IMG/VR virus record: IMGVR_UViG_3300010052_000200
Coordinates: 1-25,689 of that record
Direction: 5' to 3' (one strand)
DNA from: a virus
Lineage: Duplodnaviria; Caudoviricetes
DNA: 25,689 nucleotides
The position numbers and the translations under genes were made by a program. Under the pieces are notes generated by a model, which was not told the origin of the DNA, searched no databases, and worked only from the letters and a program-made list of their open reading frames with translations. Numbering within the stretch: the stretch's first letter is position 1; the number at the start of each line of letters is the position of its first letter. Of the stretch, positions 17,401-24,080 are shown in pieces.

Positions 17401-17655
17401 TGGCGCCACCTGCAGCACGGCCTGGCCGAGGTGCAGCCGCACCAGGCGCAGCAGCTCCAGCTGCATGAAGCTCTTGCCAAGCCCAAACGCGGCAAAGATC
17501 GCCCGCTTACCGCCGTGACAGGCCCACTGCACGATCCGCTTCTGGTGCGGCTTCAGCAGCGGATTGATGTCCTCTACGGCGACGTCGAACCCACCATCGA
17601 CCGCGATCGGCACCTTGGCGTCGAGAAACTCCCGATAGGTTAGCGGCGTGTTCAT
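14458..17655 (-). CDS. SNF2-like SF2 helicase fused to a beta-class N4C/N6A DNA methyltransferase, with a ~168-aa insertion
   Basis: Helicase motifs AAFGLGKS, LDEAS, TAT, GVNLQ, QACHRIYRFGQ. Methyltransferase motif IV TSIPF precedes HLCPLQ and motif I DPFGG (beta order). Confidence 0.92.
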   Translation of the reverse strand: MNTPLTYREFLDAKVPIAVDGGFDVAVEDINPLLKPHQKRIVQWACHGGKRAIFAAFGLGKSFMQLELLRLVRLHLGQAVLQVAPLGVRLELMADARTLSTGEHPDITEAQRAELRAWLSTHPDGAIDLKFIRRTVEVKDAGHYLANYESIRDGKLDPNAFGAASLDEASCLRGFGGTKTFREFMRLFGGMAFKFVATATPSPNEYIELLAYAAFLEVMDVGQAKTRFFKRNSEKADTLTIHPHKAQEFWLWVASWGLFVEKPSDLGYPDDGYSLPALTIHWHELPSNHLTAGTEKSGQGRLLKNAAASLGDAAREKRDSLSVRVGKVLEIVRDGREAQSLSAGLLPEEPRDAAGEAEGAGQAKLPGEAGGLPGAVEALAGTEPGEGRGDGRELSGGEPRKARRSKRGLVPEQQAAGDRDLLGAEAAPYGGNARAVPADGGSAGALLRDLPGSRAAEGSAEAVRGSRPLDGQGAGAALPSVQRGAGVDAGRSATADHRSGVPDQVVIWCNLNDEQRALERGLDAAGVSYASLTGSQDVDIREELMHRWKQRQRTAFVSKAQMYGAGVNLQQCARMVFAGIGHKFQDLIQACHRIYRFGQKRPVEIHFIYTEAERPIRDSIEAKWRRHDEQRDIMTAIIRQYGLSAVAMASSLQRGMGVERVVVTSDPEFWGAARPVGMAAPVRDGEPMFTLVNNDCVDEVGRMGDNSVDLIVTSIPFSTQYEYSPNYADFGHTDDDKHFWAQMDFLIPQLLRVLAPGRIAMIHVKDRIVPGGLTGLGFQTVSPFSDDCVARFRQHGWAFLSRITVTTDVVRENNQTYRLGWTEQCKDGSRMGNGLPEYCLIFRKPPSDNSNGYADKPVKKDKKAFEGEGWTNPEGYSRGRWQLDAHGFRKSSGNRLLTPEELRALDANVIYKLWKRCDLGAVYDFEHHVYLAEGLEAASGLPSDFMLLPPHSEHPAVWTDVARMLSMNTLQAQQGRELHLCPLQFDIIDRAINQYSEPGEVVFDPFGGVMSVPFRALKHRRKGRAVELNPAYFRDGCAHVARMAEELATPDLFGLMEIEEAAANG
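16101..16655 (-). CDS. Endonuclease VII-family (His-Me finger) putative homing endonuclease nested in the helicase-methyltransferase gene
   Basis: Own GGAGA RBS and ATG at 16655. Basic helical N-terminus, then CAIC...[30 protein letters not shown]. GC-rich third positions in this frame. 184 aa. Confidence 0.9.
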   Translation of the reverse strand: [184 protein letters not shown]

Positions 17656-19748
17656 GCCGCCGCCCCGTGGATCGGATTGCGGGCCGGATCTGTTAGCCCA
17701 AGCCGGTGGGTCCAGGTCTGGACGGTGCCGAGCGGGTGGCCCAAGTCGATCGCCATCTGCCGCACCGGCACCTTGGCCGCGAGGCCGGCAGCCAGCGCGT
17801 CACGAGCGGTCGCCTGGTGCAGCTTGCCTTTCGGTTCGGTCAGCGCCCCAAGCGCACTGCGGTAAGCGGCGAGGAGGTCAGTGTCGCCGAACGTAAATGG
17901 CTCGTTCGCCGCTGGCTGCAGCCGCGCCGTCACCGCAGCCTCACTCGGATCTGCCGCGTCATCGACGAGACGCCACTTGCCGTTGTTCTCGACCACGTAG
18001 GCGCCAGTAACCGGGAAGTCCGCCACCGGCTTCAGATGCTCTGAGGTGGTGAGAAGCAGGATGTGCGTGGCGAGATGCACCGGCTTGGGGAAGCCGCGCT
18101 TGCTGCCGCTCTTCCAGGCGTTGACCTTGTCGCGGCAATCCTTCTCGGTCGCGGACCAGCTGTTGAGGGCCGTGCCCGCGCTGTCCCACTTGGGCAGCAT
18201 CGGCCACCGGCCATCGACAAGCTCCATGCCGCGCTTCACCCGGCCGATCTGTTCATGCTTCTCGGTGGGGTCGATCCGGCAGACGAATTCCGGATAGAAC
18301 ATCCCGACCTTGTCGTCGGACGTGGTTTTTTTGCCCTCGGTGTGACGCTCGACCAGTTGCGCCAGCGCCAGTCGCGCCGACTCTTCAACCGATCGGCCGA
18401 GGTCTTCCTTGAGGCCAACGCGCACCTCGACCCAGCCGCCACGCGGGAACTTCAGGTCAAACCTGGTAGCCATGAAGCGGAAGCTCGGTCCGTAACCCCA
18501 GTCGTCGAACTTGTAGCGCACGAGCGCCGGCAACCCGTCGACCTCGATCTCGAACAGCCCGGACTGGCCCCACATCGGCACAGTGCCGGGCGCCACGCTT
18601 GCTGCGTTGACCAGCGCTTTGGGTCGCTCTGCGATCAACATGCTGCTGCGATCCTTGCCGTTGGCGTGCCAGCGCAGCGCCTCGAGTAGCAGTTTGGCCT
18701 CGCCGGCCCGATCCTCGTGCCCAGCGCGCATCGCCTGGTCGAACAGACTGTGCGCCTGCTTGTAGTCGGCGATCAGCAGGTCAAGATCATCCGACATCCC
18801 TGTCGTCATGACCGCGAGCAATGAGTTGCCGTAGAGGTCGCCCTCACCCACCTCGGTGCGCTTGCGCGCCACGTCGAAGGCCAGCCGGACCTCACGCTTG
18901 AGGTTGAGCACCCCATCGCGATCGGCGAGCAGCTTGTGCTCTCTTGCCAGCGCGTCGAGCGTGGCCGCGTCGATGTCCTTGCCCTTCTCGCCGATCTCGC
19001 AGATCGCCGCCGCGAACATGACGATCATGCTCGGGTCCATCGCCTTCACGACCGGCCCGCTCTCAGCGAGCGGCGGCGGGTCCTGCAGCTTCTGGCGGGC
19101 AGCGGCCGAGGCCTCGCCCCGCGGCTTGCTGGCCACCTCGCGCTGCTCGTCTTCGTCGTGGTCGACCAGCTGCTCGGCGAGATAGGCCGGCACCCGCCCG
19201 TCGTCGACGGCTGCGATCAGTTCCGGCTCGGCCTCGGCCACGATCTTCGCCGCCGAGTTGACCTGCCTTTCGGAGACGCCGAACTTCGTCGCCGCCTCGG
19301 CCTGCGTGATCTCCCGCAATTTTGCGTACCGCGCCGCCGACATCGCCCGCTGGCTGGCACTGTCATGTCGCCGCTGCTCGTTCAGCGACCAGACGAAGTC
19401 GAGCGCCTCCGACTCTGTGCCGGCGAACTCGGTGAAAAGCTCCGGCCGGTCGCGCCAGCGCTCATCCTCCGGCTCGAACACGCCGTTGTCGACCAGCACC
19501 AGGTAGCGGTTACGCCCGTCGAGGATCGCGTCTTCGAATACCGTGATCTTGTTCTTGAGACCGGTCTGGACGATGTCGTCCTCGAACGCCTCGCGCTCAT
19601 CGCCGGCCAGCATCCGGAAGATGCCGGCGAACCGGTGCGGCTGCAGGCCGATCTCCGGCCAGTTCAACGGCGGTTGACTTGGCCCGGAGCCAGCATCAGT
19701 GCCGAAGCCGAACTCGGACTGCGGCATGTCGTTTTGTGCGTCGCTCAT
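17652..19748 (-). CDS. ParB/Spo0J-like N-terminal domain + HTH multidomain phage protein
   Basis: HRFAGIFRML...GLKNKI...ILDGRNRY...NEQRRHDSASQRAM, HTH TQAEAATKFGVSERQV, central APGTVPMWGQSGLFEIEVDG region, second HTH-like motif at the C-terminus. Confidence 0.82.
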   Translation of the reverse strand: MSDAQNDMPQSEFGFGTDAGSGPSQPPLNWPEIGLQPHRFAGIFRMLAGDEREAFEDDIVQTGLKNKITVFEDAILDGRNRYLVLVDNGVFEPEDERWRDRPELFTEFAGTESEALDFVWSLNEQRRHDSASQRAMSAARYAKLREITQAEAATKFGVSERQVNSAAKIVAEAEPELIAAVDDGRVPAYLAEQLVDHDEDEQREVASKPRGEASAAARQKLQDPPPLAESGPVVKAMDPSMIVMFAAAICEIGEKGKDIDAATLDALAREHKLLADRDGVLNLKREVRLAFDVARKRTEVGEGDLYGNSLLAVMTTGMSDDLDLLIADYKQAHSLFDQAMRAGHEDRAGEAKLLLEALRWHANGKDRSSMLIAERPKALVNAASVAPGTVPMWGQSGLFEIEVDGLPALVRYKFDDWGYGPSFRFMATRFDLKFPRGGWVEVRVGLKEDLGRSVEESARLALAQLVERHTEGKKTTSDDKVGMFYPEFVCRIDPTEKHEQIGRVKRGMELVDGRWPMLPKWDSAGTALNSWSATEKDCRDKVNAWKSGSKRGFPKPVHLATHILLLTTSEHLKPVADFPVTGAYVVENNGKWRLVDDAADPSEAAVTARLQPAANEPFTFGDTDLLAAYRSALGALTEPKGKLHQATARDALAAGLAAKVPVRQMAIDLGHPLGTVQTWTHRLGLTDPARNPIHGAAA

Positions 19749-19963
19749 GCGTGAACGCCCCCGAGCTTGATGGATTTACGGAAGATGATTTCGTCGTCGT
19801 CGCGGGCGAGGATCGCGTCGGCCTCGTCGAGGCGCGCCCGCAGGTCGCGCAACTGCTGCCGGGTCAGCGAGAACTGCTTGTGGGTGCCGACGAACGACAC
19901 GCAAACGGTCGCCTGCGAGTTCGGTCCCTGGTGCAGCCATACGGAGATAGGCGCCTCAGCCAT
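19745..19963 (-). CDS. Hypothetical phage protein (72 aa)
   Basis: Start reassigned to MAEAPISV (ATG 19963); ATGA overlap with the ParB-like gene. Confidence 0.65.
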   Translation of the reverse strand: MAEAPISVWLHQGPNSQATVCVSFVGTHKQFSLTRQQLRDLRARLDEADAILARDDDEIIFRKSIKLGGVHA

Positions 19964-20120
19964 TTTTCTTGGCCCGCGCCCTGGCTTGCTTCCACGACCG
20001 GCGCAACACATGGAATGTCCGGAGGGCGAACAGTCCGGTTCCCGTCATCACGAGGGCCAGCATCACGATCCCGCCGACGCGGAACAGCAGCGTATCGCTC
20101 GCGAGAAGCCAGTCAACCAT
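19956..20120 (-). CDS. Small single-pass membrane protein (54 aa, not in ORF track)
   Basis: MVDWLLASDTLLFRVGGIVMLALVMTGTGLFALRTFHVLRRSWKQARARAKKNG: hydrophobic helix and basic tail, 8-nt overlaps at both ends, GGAG RBS. Confidence 0.7.
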   Translation of the reverse strand: MVDWLLASDTLLFRVGGIVMLALVMTGTGLFALRTFHVLRRSWKQARARAKKNG

Positions 20121-20628
20121 CGGCCCGCTCCACCACTACGGCCGCCTTGACCGCCTCGGCGAGGCCCGCCAGTTCGAGCATCAGCTCGCGGATGTCGTTA
20201 AGGATCGGCGCTGCCTCGTCGGGCGTGATCCTGCCATCATTGGCGAGCGCGCCGAACACGCCCGACATCACCTCGCCGAACTCGTGCGCGCTCCGCCCCG
20301 ATCGCTCGGTGACGGCGCTGTTGCCCGCCCCGTGCGGCAGCTGCACCAGCAGGCAGTTGGCCAGCTCGGCAAGCTTCCGGGTGACGATCGGCTGGCCGCA
20401 TTCGGCCTCGAGATCGGCGATCACATCGGCCGGCGCGAAGCGCTCGTGATGTTCATCGCCCACGCTGCCGTAGCCACTGAGCACCTGTTGGCTGACGCGC
20501 GTCGCCTTGGCGGCTTCGTTGCCACCACCGACCGCGGTCACCAGCTGGCGGGTCGCGGCTTTCAGCGCGACATAGTCGGACGCGGGGAGTTGCCGGGCGC
20601 GATTGGAGACCTGGACCGGGATCGTCAT
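20113..20628 (-). CDS. CII-like phage regulatory protein
   Basis: Start MTIPVQ (ATG 20628). LKAATRQLVTAVGG...RVSQQVLSGYG HTH, FAPADVIADLEAECGQPIVT, ALANDGRITPDEA. Located downstream of cro. Confidence 0.75.
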   Translation of the reverse strand: MTIPVQVSNRARQLPASDYVALKAATRQLVTAVGGGNEAAKATRVSQQVLSGYGSVGDEHHERFAPADVIADLEAECGQPIVTRKLAELANCLLVQLPHGAGNSAVTERSGRSAHEFGEVMSGVFGALANDGRITPDEAAPILNDIRELMLELAGLAEAVKAAVVVERADG

Positions 20629-21077
20629 GGCGTAAGCTCCGCCGCACTTACGCCATGACGAGAGGATGCCGCACGGTCTACAGGGAGTGAGACCCGTGCG
20701 GCCCCGGCCACGACGCGCGGGAGGGAAGCGCGCGCCGAAGGGGAAATGGGATGGAAGACAAGCCGCTGCCGAGCCACGCGACCTTCTACGTCGCGCATGC
20801 GGTCGCCAACGATGTGCTGATAAAGCTCGCCTACAGCTTGGCGGCAAACCTGACAGTGACCGCGCCGGAGGATCGAGAGCACGGTGGCGCAGAAGTCTTG
20901 GGCGACCTGCTCGCGAGCTTTATGCTGTCGGCCGACTTCAAGCCGGGGGAGATTGCCGACACGCTGCCTGAGCTTGGGCCCTACGATGCCGACGAAGCAG
21001 AAAGCATCGCTATGGACATTGTCGGCGAAGCGCTGACGCTGATCCGGTCGAGGCTTGTGGACTGATGCGCGCGTCAT
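20625..21077 (-). CDS. Translationally coupled ORF antisense to 20751..21065 (hypothetical)
   Basis: ATGA overlaps at both ends (21074-21077 and 20625-20628). The protein reads like an antisense shadow. Confidence 0.4.
   Translation of the reverse strand: MTRASVHKPRPDQRQRFADNVHSDAFCFVGIVGPKLRQRVGNLPRLEVGRQHKAREQVAQDFCATVLSILRRGHCQVCRQAVGELYQHIVGDRMRDVEGRVARQRLVFHPISPSARASLPRVVAGAARVSLPVDRAASSRHGVSAAELTP
20751..21065 (+). CDS. Acidic helical hypothetical protein on the counter strand (104 aa)
   Basis: Purine-rich RBS (GAAGGGGAAATGGG) and protein-like composition. Confidence 0.6.
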   Translation: MEDKPLPSHATFYVAHAVANDVLIKLAYSLAANLTVTAPEDREHGGAEVLGDLLASFMLSADFKPGEIADTLPELGPYDADEAESIAMDIVGEALTLIRSRLVD

Positions 21078-21376
21078 TCTGCCAGCCTCACCAAAACGGC
21101 GGCGCGAAGCCGGGGCTCCATTCCCTTCAGCCAGGACTTGTCGCGGCGGACGAGCGACGCCATCCGAACCACCGTCTCATCGAAGGTGATTTTCGCCGGC
21201 ACCGGCAGGCCGGCATGGGCGAGAGCGGCACGAACGTCACGGTCGGCCAGTGCTTCACGCGCCACGCGGCTGAAGCTGCGCATCCGGCCATAGTGCCGCT
21301 CGATACGGAACCGGATCGTGCTGGCGCGGTAGCGCTGTTCTTCCAGTTCGAGCATGCGGGGCGATTTCCAGCTCAT
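21074..21376 (-). CDS. Basic hypothetical phage protein (100 aa)
   Basis: Start reassigned to MSWKSPRML (ATG 21376), GAGGT RBS, ATGA overlap with the upstream gene. Confidence 0.7.
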   Translation of the reverse strand: MSWKSPRMLELEEQRYRASTIRFRIERHYGRMRSFSRVAREALADRDVRAALAHAGLPVPAKITFDETVVRMASLVRRDKSWLKGMEPRLRAAVLVRLAE

Positions 21377-21531
21377 GGTTGCACCTCGGCGCGGCGACGC
21401 GGCCGGATCGAAACCTGCTGCGGCGTGACCCGCATGGGAGATGTGAGGTCGCGGGGCCGAACCCCGGCGAGCAGCATGTGCCGCATCGCGTCGCGCTTGG
21501 CGGGAGAGATGACGAGTGCAGGGCGCCTCAT
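21373..21531 (-). CDS. Small basic protein, possibly HTH (52 aa)
   Basis: MRRPALVISPAKRDAMRHMLLAGVRPRDL...VTPQQVS. ATGA overlap with the cro stop codon. Confidence 0.6.
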   Translation of the reverse strand: MRRPALVISPAKRDAMRHMLLAGVRPRDLTSPMRVTPQQVSIRPRRRAEVQP

Positions 21532-21773
21532 TCCGCCACCGCCACTGCTGCGTTCGACTTCTCCCAAGCGAGACGGACCTCATAGAGGTCCTGCGCGGTC
21601 ACCTGACCGGCGGTCGCGCTTTCGATTGTTTCGATCATCACTGCGTTGGGCATCCGCTCGCCCCGCTCGAGCCGCTGAAGCGTTCGAGCGGGATTGCTGC
21701 CGGAAAGCCCAAGACGCGCGGCCGCTTCAGCAAGCGTGACAGACTGTGATTTGCGCCAATCGGAGAGGTTCAT
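21528..21773 (-). CDS. cro: Cro-like XRE HTH regulator
   Basis: MNLSDWRKSQSVTLAEAAARLG...TLQRLERGERMP...GQVTAQDL; divergent from the repressor. Confidence 0.88.
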   Translation of the reverse strand: MNLSDWRKSQSVTLAEAAARLGLSGSNPARTLQRLERGERMPNAVMIETIESATAGQVTAQDLYEVRLAWEKSNAAVAVAE

Positions 21774-21781
21774 GCAAAGAA

Positions 21782-21858
21782 GTAGCCATATCGGCTACAT
21801 TCCTGTCAACATGAAAAGTAGCCGTATCGGCTACAACATGGGTAGCCGTATCGGCTAC
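21782..21858. promoter_or_regulatory. OR-like operator region: three 17-bp GTAGCC-N5-GGCTAC operators with divergent promoters
   Basis: GTAGCCATATCGGCTAC 21782-21798, GTAGCCGTATCGGCTAC 21818-21834 and 21842-21858. TTGACA on the minus strand at 21809-21804. Confidence 0.92.
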
Positions 21859-21867
21859 ATTCCGGGA

Positions 21868-22500
21868 ATGGGCAATCGTATCAAACAGTTGATGAGGGAT
21901 CGACGCCTGTCGCGAGACGACGTGGCGGATGCTCTCGACATCCATCCGGTAACGGTCAGCAAGCTGATCAGTGGCAAAATGCAGCTGACGGTCGACTATC
22001 TTGATCGGTTCGCTAAGCTGTTTGCAGTCGAACCGTCTGAGATAATCGCCCCGAAGCCGTCGACCCGCATCATCAAGGTGCGCGGCCCGCTACAGGCCGG
22101 CGCCTATCAAGCGTCGACCGAGTGGGACGAAGACGACTGGTACGATGTAGCCATTCCCGACGATCCGGAGTTGCGCTCCGTGCCTCTCTACGCCGCAGAG
22201 ACCCGCGGCCCGTCGATGAACAAGCGCTATCCTGAGCGTACGGTCTTGGTGTTTGCGCACATAGACGACCTTCCAGAACCACTGCAGGTAGGGAAGCGAT
22301 ACGTCGTCGAAAGGGAGCGCGCCGATGGTCTGCGGGAGGCGACAGTCAAGCAGCTGTGGCAAGACGAAACCGGCCGTCTGTGGCTTCTGCCCGAGTCCAA
22401 CGATCCTCGGTGGCAAGAGCCCATCTCGATCGAAGGCGGAGCAGATGACACGGTCCGCATTCTCGGTCGCATCCGGTATTCGGTGCAACGCGAAGATTGA
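21868..22500 (+). CDS. cI: CI-like repressor (XRE HTH + S24 autopeptidase)
   Basis: Start reassigned to MGNRIKQL (ATG 21868). HTH SRDDVADALDIHPVTVSKL, cleavage-site-like QAG, catalytic GPSM (Ser) and ATVK (Lys). Confidence 0.92.
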   Translation: MGNRIKQLMRDRRLSRDDVADALDIHPVTVSKLISGKMQLTVDYLDRFAKLFAVEPSEIIAPKPSTRIIKVRGPLQAGAYQASTEWDEDDWYDVAIPDDPELRSVPLYAAETRGPSMNKRYPERTVLVFAHIDDLPEPLQVGKRYVVERERADGLREATVKQLWQDETGRLWLLPESNDPRWQEPISIEGGADDTVRILGRIRYSVQRED

Positions 22501-22549
22501 CTCTTTTTGGCTGCCGAGATTTTAGTGGTCTGCGTTGGGGGAATTTGAA

Positions 22550-23041
22550 ATGAAGCTTGTTTTATTTGCACTGCCACTATTGGGCATTCTGGCCGGATGC
22601 GCACCATCCACCATGCTCTCAAGTTCGTTTCGCGCCGAAGACGCAGCGTTCATTAACTCCAAAGGCACGGCTACGGTGACGGGCCAGGCTTTCCTTCGGC
22701 GCAACGACGGCATCGTCGTGTACGCAGCGGGTAGTCCGGTAAGTCTAACGCCAAAAACCAACTACTCCGACGAGCGGATCGCCTTCATATACAAGGGCGG
22801 AAAGAGTTCATATTTCGGCGGCACCTTCAAAAACGATGACCCCGAATACTACAAGTATTCCCGCACCGCGACCGCTGATGGTGAAGGCAGGTTCACGTTC
22901 TCGGACGTTCCCGCTGGCTCGTACTACATCACGACTGAGGTGACTTGGATGGTGCAATACGAGCGCCAGGGCGGCGCGCTGATGGAGCGCGTTACGGTAG
23001 CCGACGGACAGAAGGTTGAAGTCATCATGACTGGTCAGTAG
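22550..23041 (+). CDS. Lipoprotein with carboxypeptidase-regulatory-like (prealbumin-type) fold; moron
   Basis: Signal peptide II MKLVLFALPLLGILAG-C, motif ADGEGRFTFSDVPAGSYY, lower GC than its flanks, directly downstream of cI. Confidence 0.85.
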   Translation: MKLVLFALPLLGILAGCAPSTMLSSSFRAEDAAFINSKGTATVTGQAFLRRNDGIVVYAAGSPVSLTPKTNYSDERIAFIYKGGKSSYFGGTFKNDDPEYYKYSRTATADGEGRFTFSDVPAGSYYITTEVTWMVQYERQGGALMERVTVADGQKVEVIMTGQ

Positions 23042-23091
23042 CCATATCGGCTACTTTTGCCTTGACACGCATGTAGCCGATTTGGCTACAT
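23038..23091 (+). promoter_or_regulatory. OL-like operators and PL-like promoter
   Basis: GTAGCCATATCGGCTAC 23038-23054 and GTAGCCGATTTGGCTAC 23073-23089 flank TTGACA 23062-23067, followed 17 nt later by GCTACA. Confidence 0.9.
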
Positions 23092-23121
23092 AGTGCCCAT
23101 CGATCACCGATGGAGCACGCC

Positions 23122-23592
23122 ATGTCGCTGCTAGAACCCGCCGACCAGTTCCCCTTCCCACCGCTCGCTCCGGCCTATGCCGATATGACCATCGTCGAGC
23201 GCATGTGCGAGGTCATGCGCCGCAATCAGCGCCAGGGCCAGCCGACCACAGTCACCGATTTCAAGGAAGCCGAGGAAACCTGCGACCTCAGCCTCGCCGT
23301 GCTCACCGAGAATATCGGCAAGGCCAAGCGGCTGATGAACACCGAGACGATCCGCTACGACGAGCCCGCGCGGCCGGTCGATCCATGGGACCTGTTCGAC
23401 GACTACCGCACGCAGCGCGTCGAGCGCGCCGCCCACCTGATCGCCGGCAACCCAGCGCTCGGCGACCCCGACATGTTCGCCGTGCTGCGCCAAGCCGGCT
23501 ACAGCGCCCGCGAACTCGGCGCCCTCTGGAAAGAGATCCTCGTCGAAGCCGCCGCCATCGTCCGCGGCGACCGCAAATTTGCGGTGTCGTGA
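23122..23592 (+). CDS. Hypothetical early phage protein (first gene of the PL-like operon)
   Basis: GGAG RBS at 23112-23115 favours ATG 23122; GC-rich third positions. Confidence 0.8.
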   Translation: MSLLEPADQFPFPPLAPAYADMTIVERMCEVMRRNQRQGQPTTVTDFKEAEETCDLSLAVLTENIGKAKRLMNTETIRYDEPARPVDPWDLFDDYRTQRVERAAHLIAGNPALGDPDMFAVLRQAGYSARELGALWKEILVEAAAIVRGDRKFAVS

Positions 23593-24077
23593 TGCATACC
23601 TACAATCCTTACGTGTCGGCCTTTGACGAGGTTCGTGTTGCCGGGACCCAGTTGCTGGAGACCATCCGGAAAATGCACGCGCTACAGCCTCCGAGCTGGG
23701 CCGTCTTTTCGGGCAGGAGCATTCTTGCGCCGGAGGGAGCGGCGCTCGCCGGTATCATAAGATGGGACAGGGACAATCTCTCGCAGTGCTGGATCGGTCT
23801 CTACTTTAATCCCAGATACCCGCATGTCCGCGATGCCGAAGCCGAACGTCAGCTCGGTAGGTTGATGCGCCGACGCCTGCGCGCCGTGGCGAGAGCGATG
23901 GGTGCGAAGCCGCTGGCAGACGTCACGGTTCAGCCCTCCAGTAGCCACCTCATAATCGACCTACGTGCCCCTGATCCGATCCAGCGCTGCATTCAGAACT
24001 ACAAGCAAATGCTTGCGCACCATGAGGAGCAACTGCTCTCTGGCATGCGCGCGTTCACCGACGGGTTTCCGGATTAA
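23592..24077 (+). CDS. Hypothetical phage protein (161 aa)
   Basis: Start reassigned to MHTYNPYV (TGATG overlap at 23590-23594). Confidence 0.7.
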   Translation: MHTYNPYVSAFDEVRVAGTQLLETIRKMHALQPPSWAVFSGRSILAPEGAALAGIIRWDRDNLSQCWIGLYFNPRYPHVRDAEAERQLGRLMRRRLRAVARAMGAKPLADVTVQPSSSHLIIDLRAPDPIQRCIQNYKQMLAHHEEQLLSGMRAFTDGFPD

Positions 24078-24080
24078 GCC

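Noticed and set aside
21782-21858. Three repeats with spacers resembling a mini-CRISPR
   Set aside because: Repeats are 17-bp palindromes with 19- and 7-nt gaps between divergent cI and cro, recur at 23038-23089, and no cas genes are present; they are operators.
21694-21867. N-terminal extension of the repressor ORF with repeated SRIGY peptides
   Set aside because: The peptide repeats are just the translated operators, and the extension overlaps cro; the likely start is 21868.
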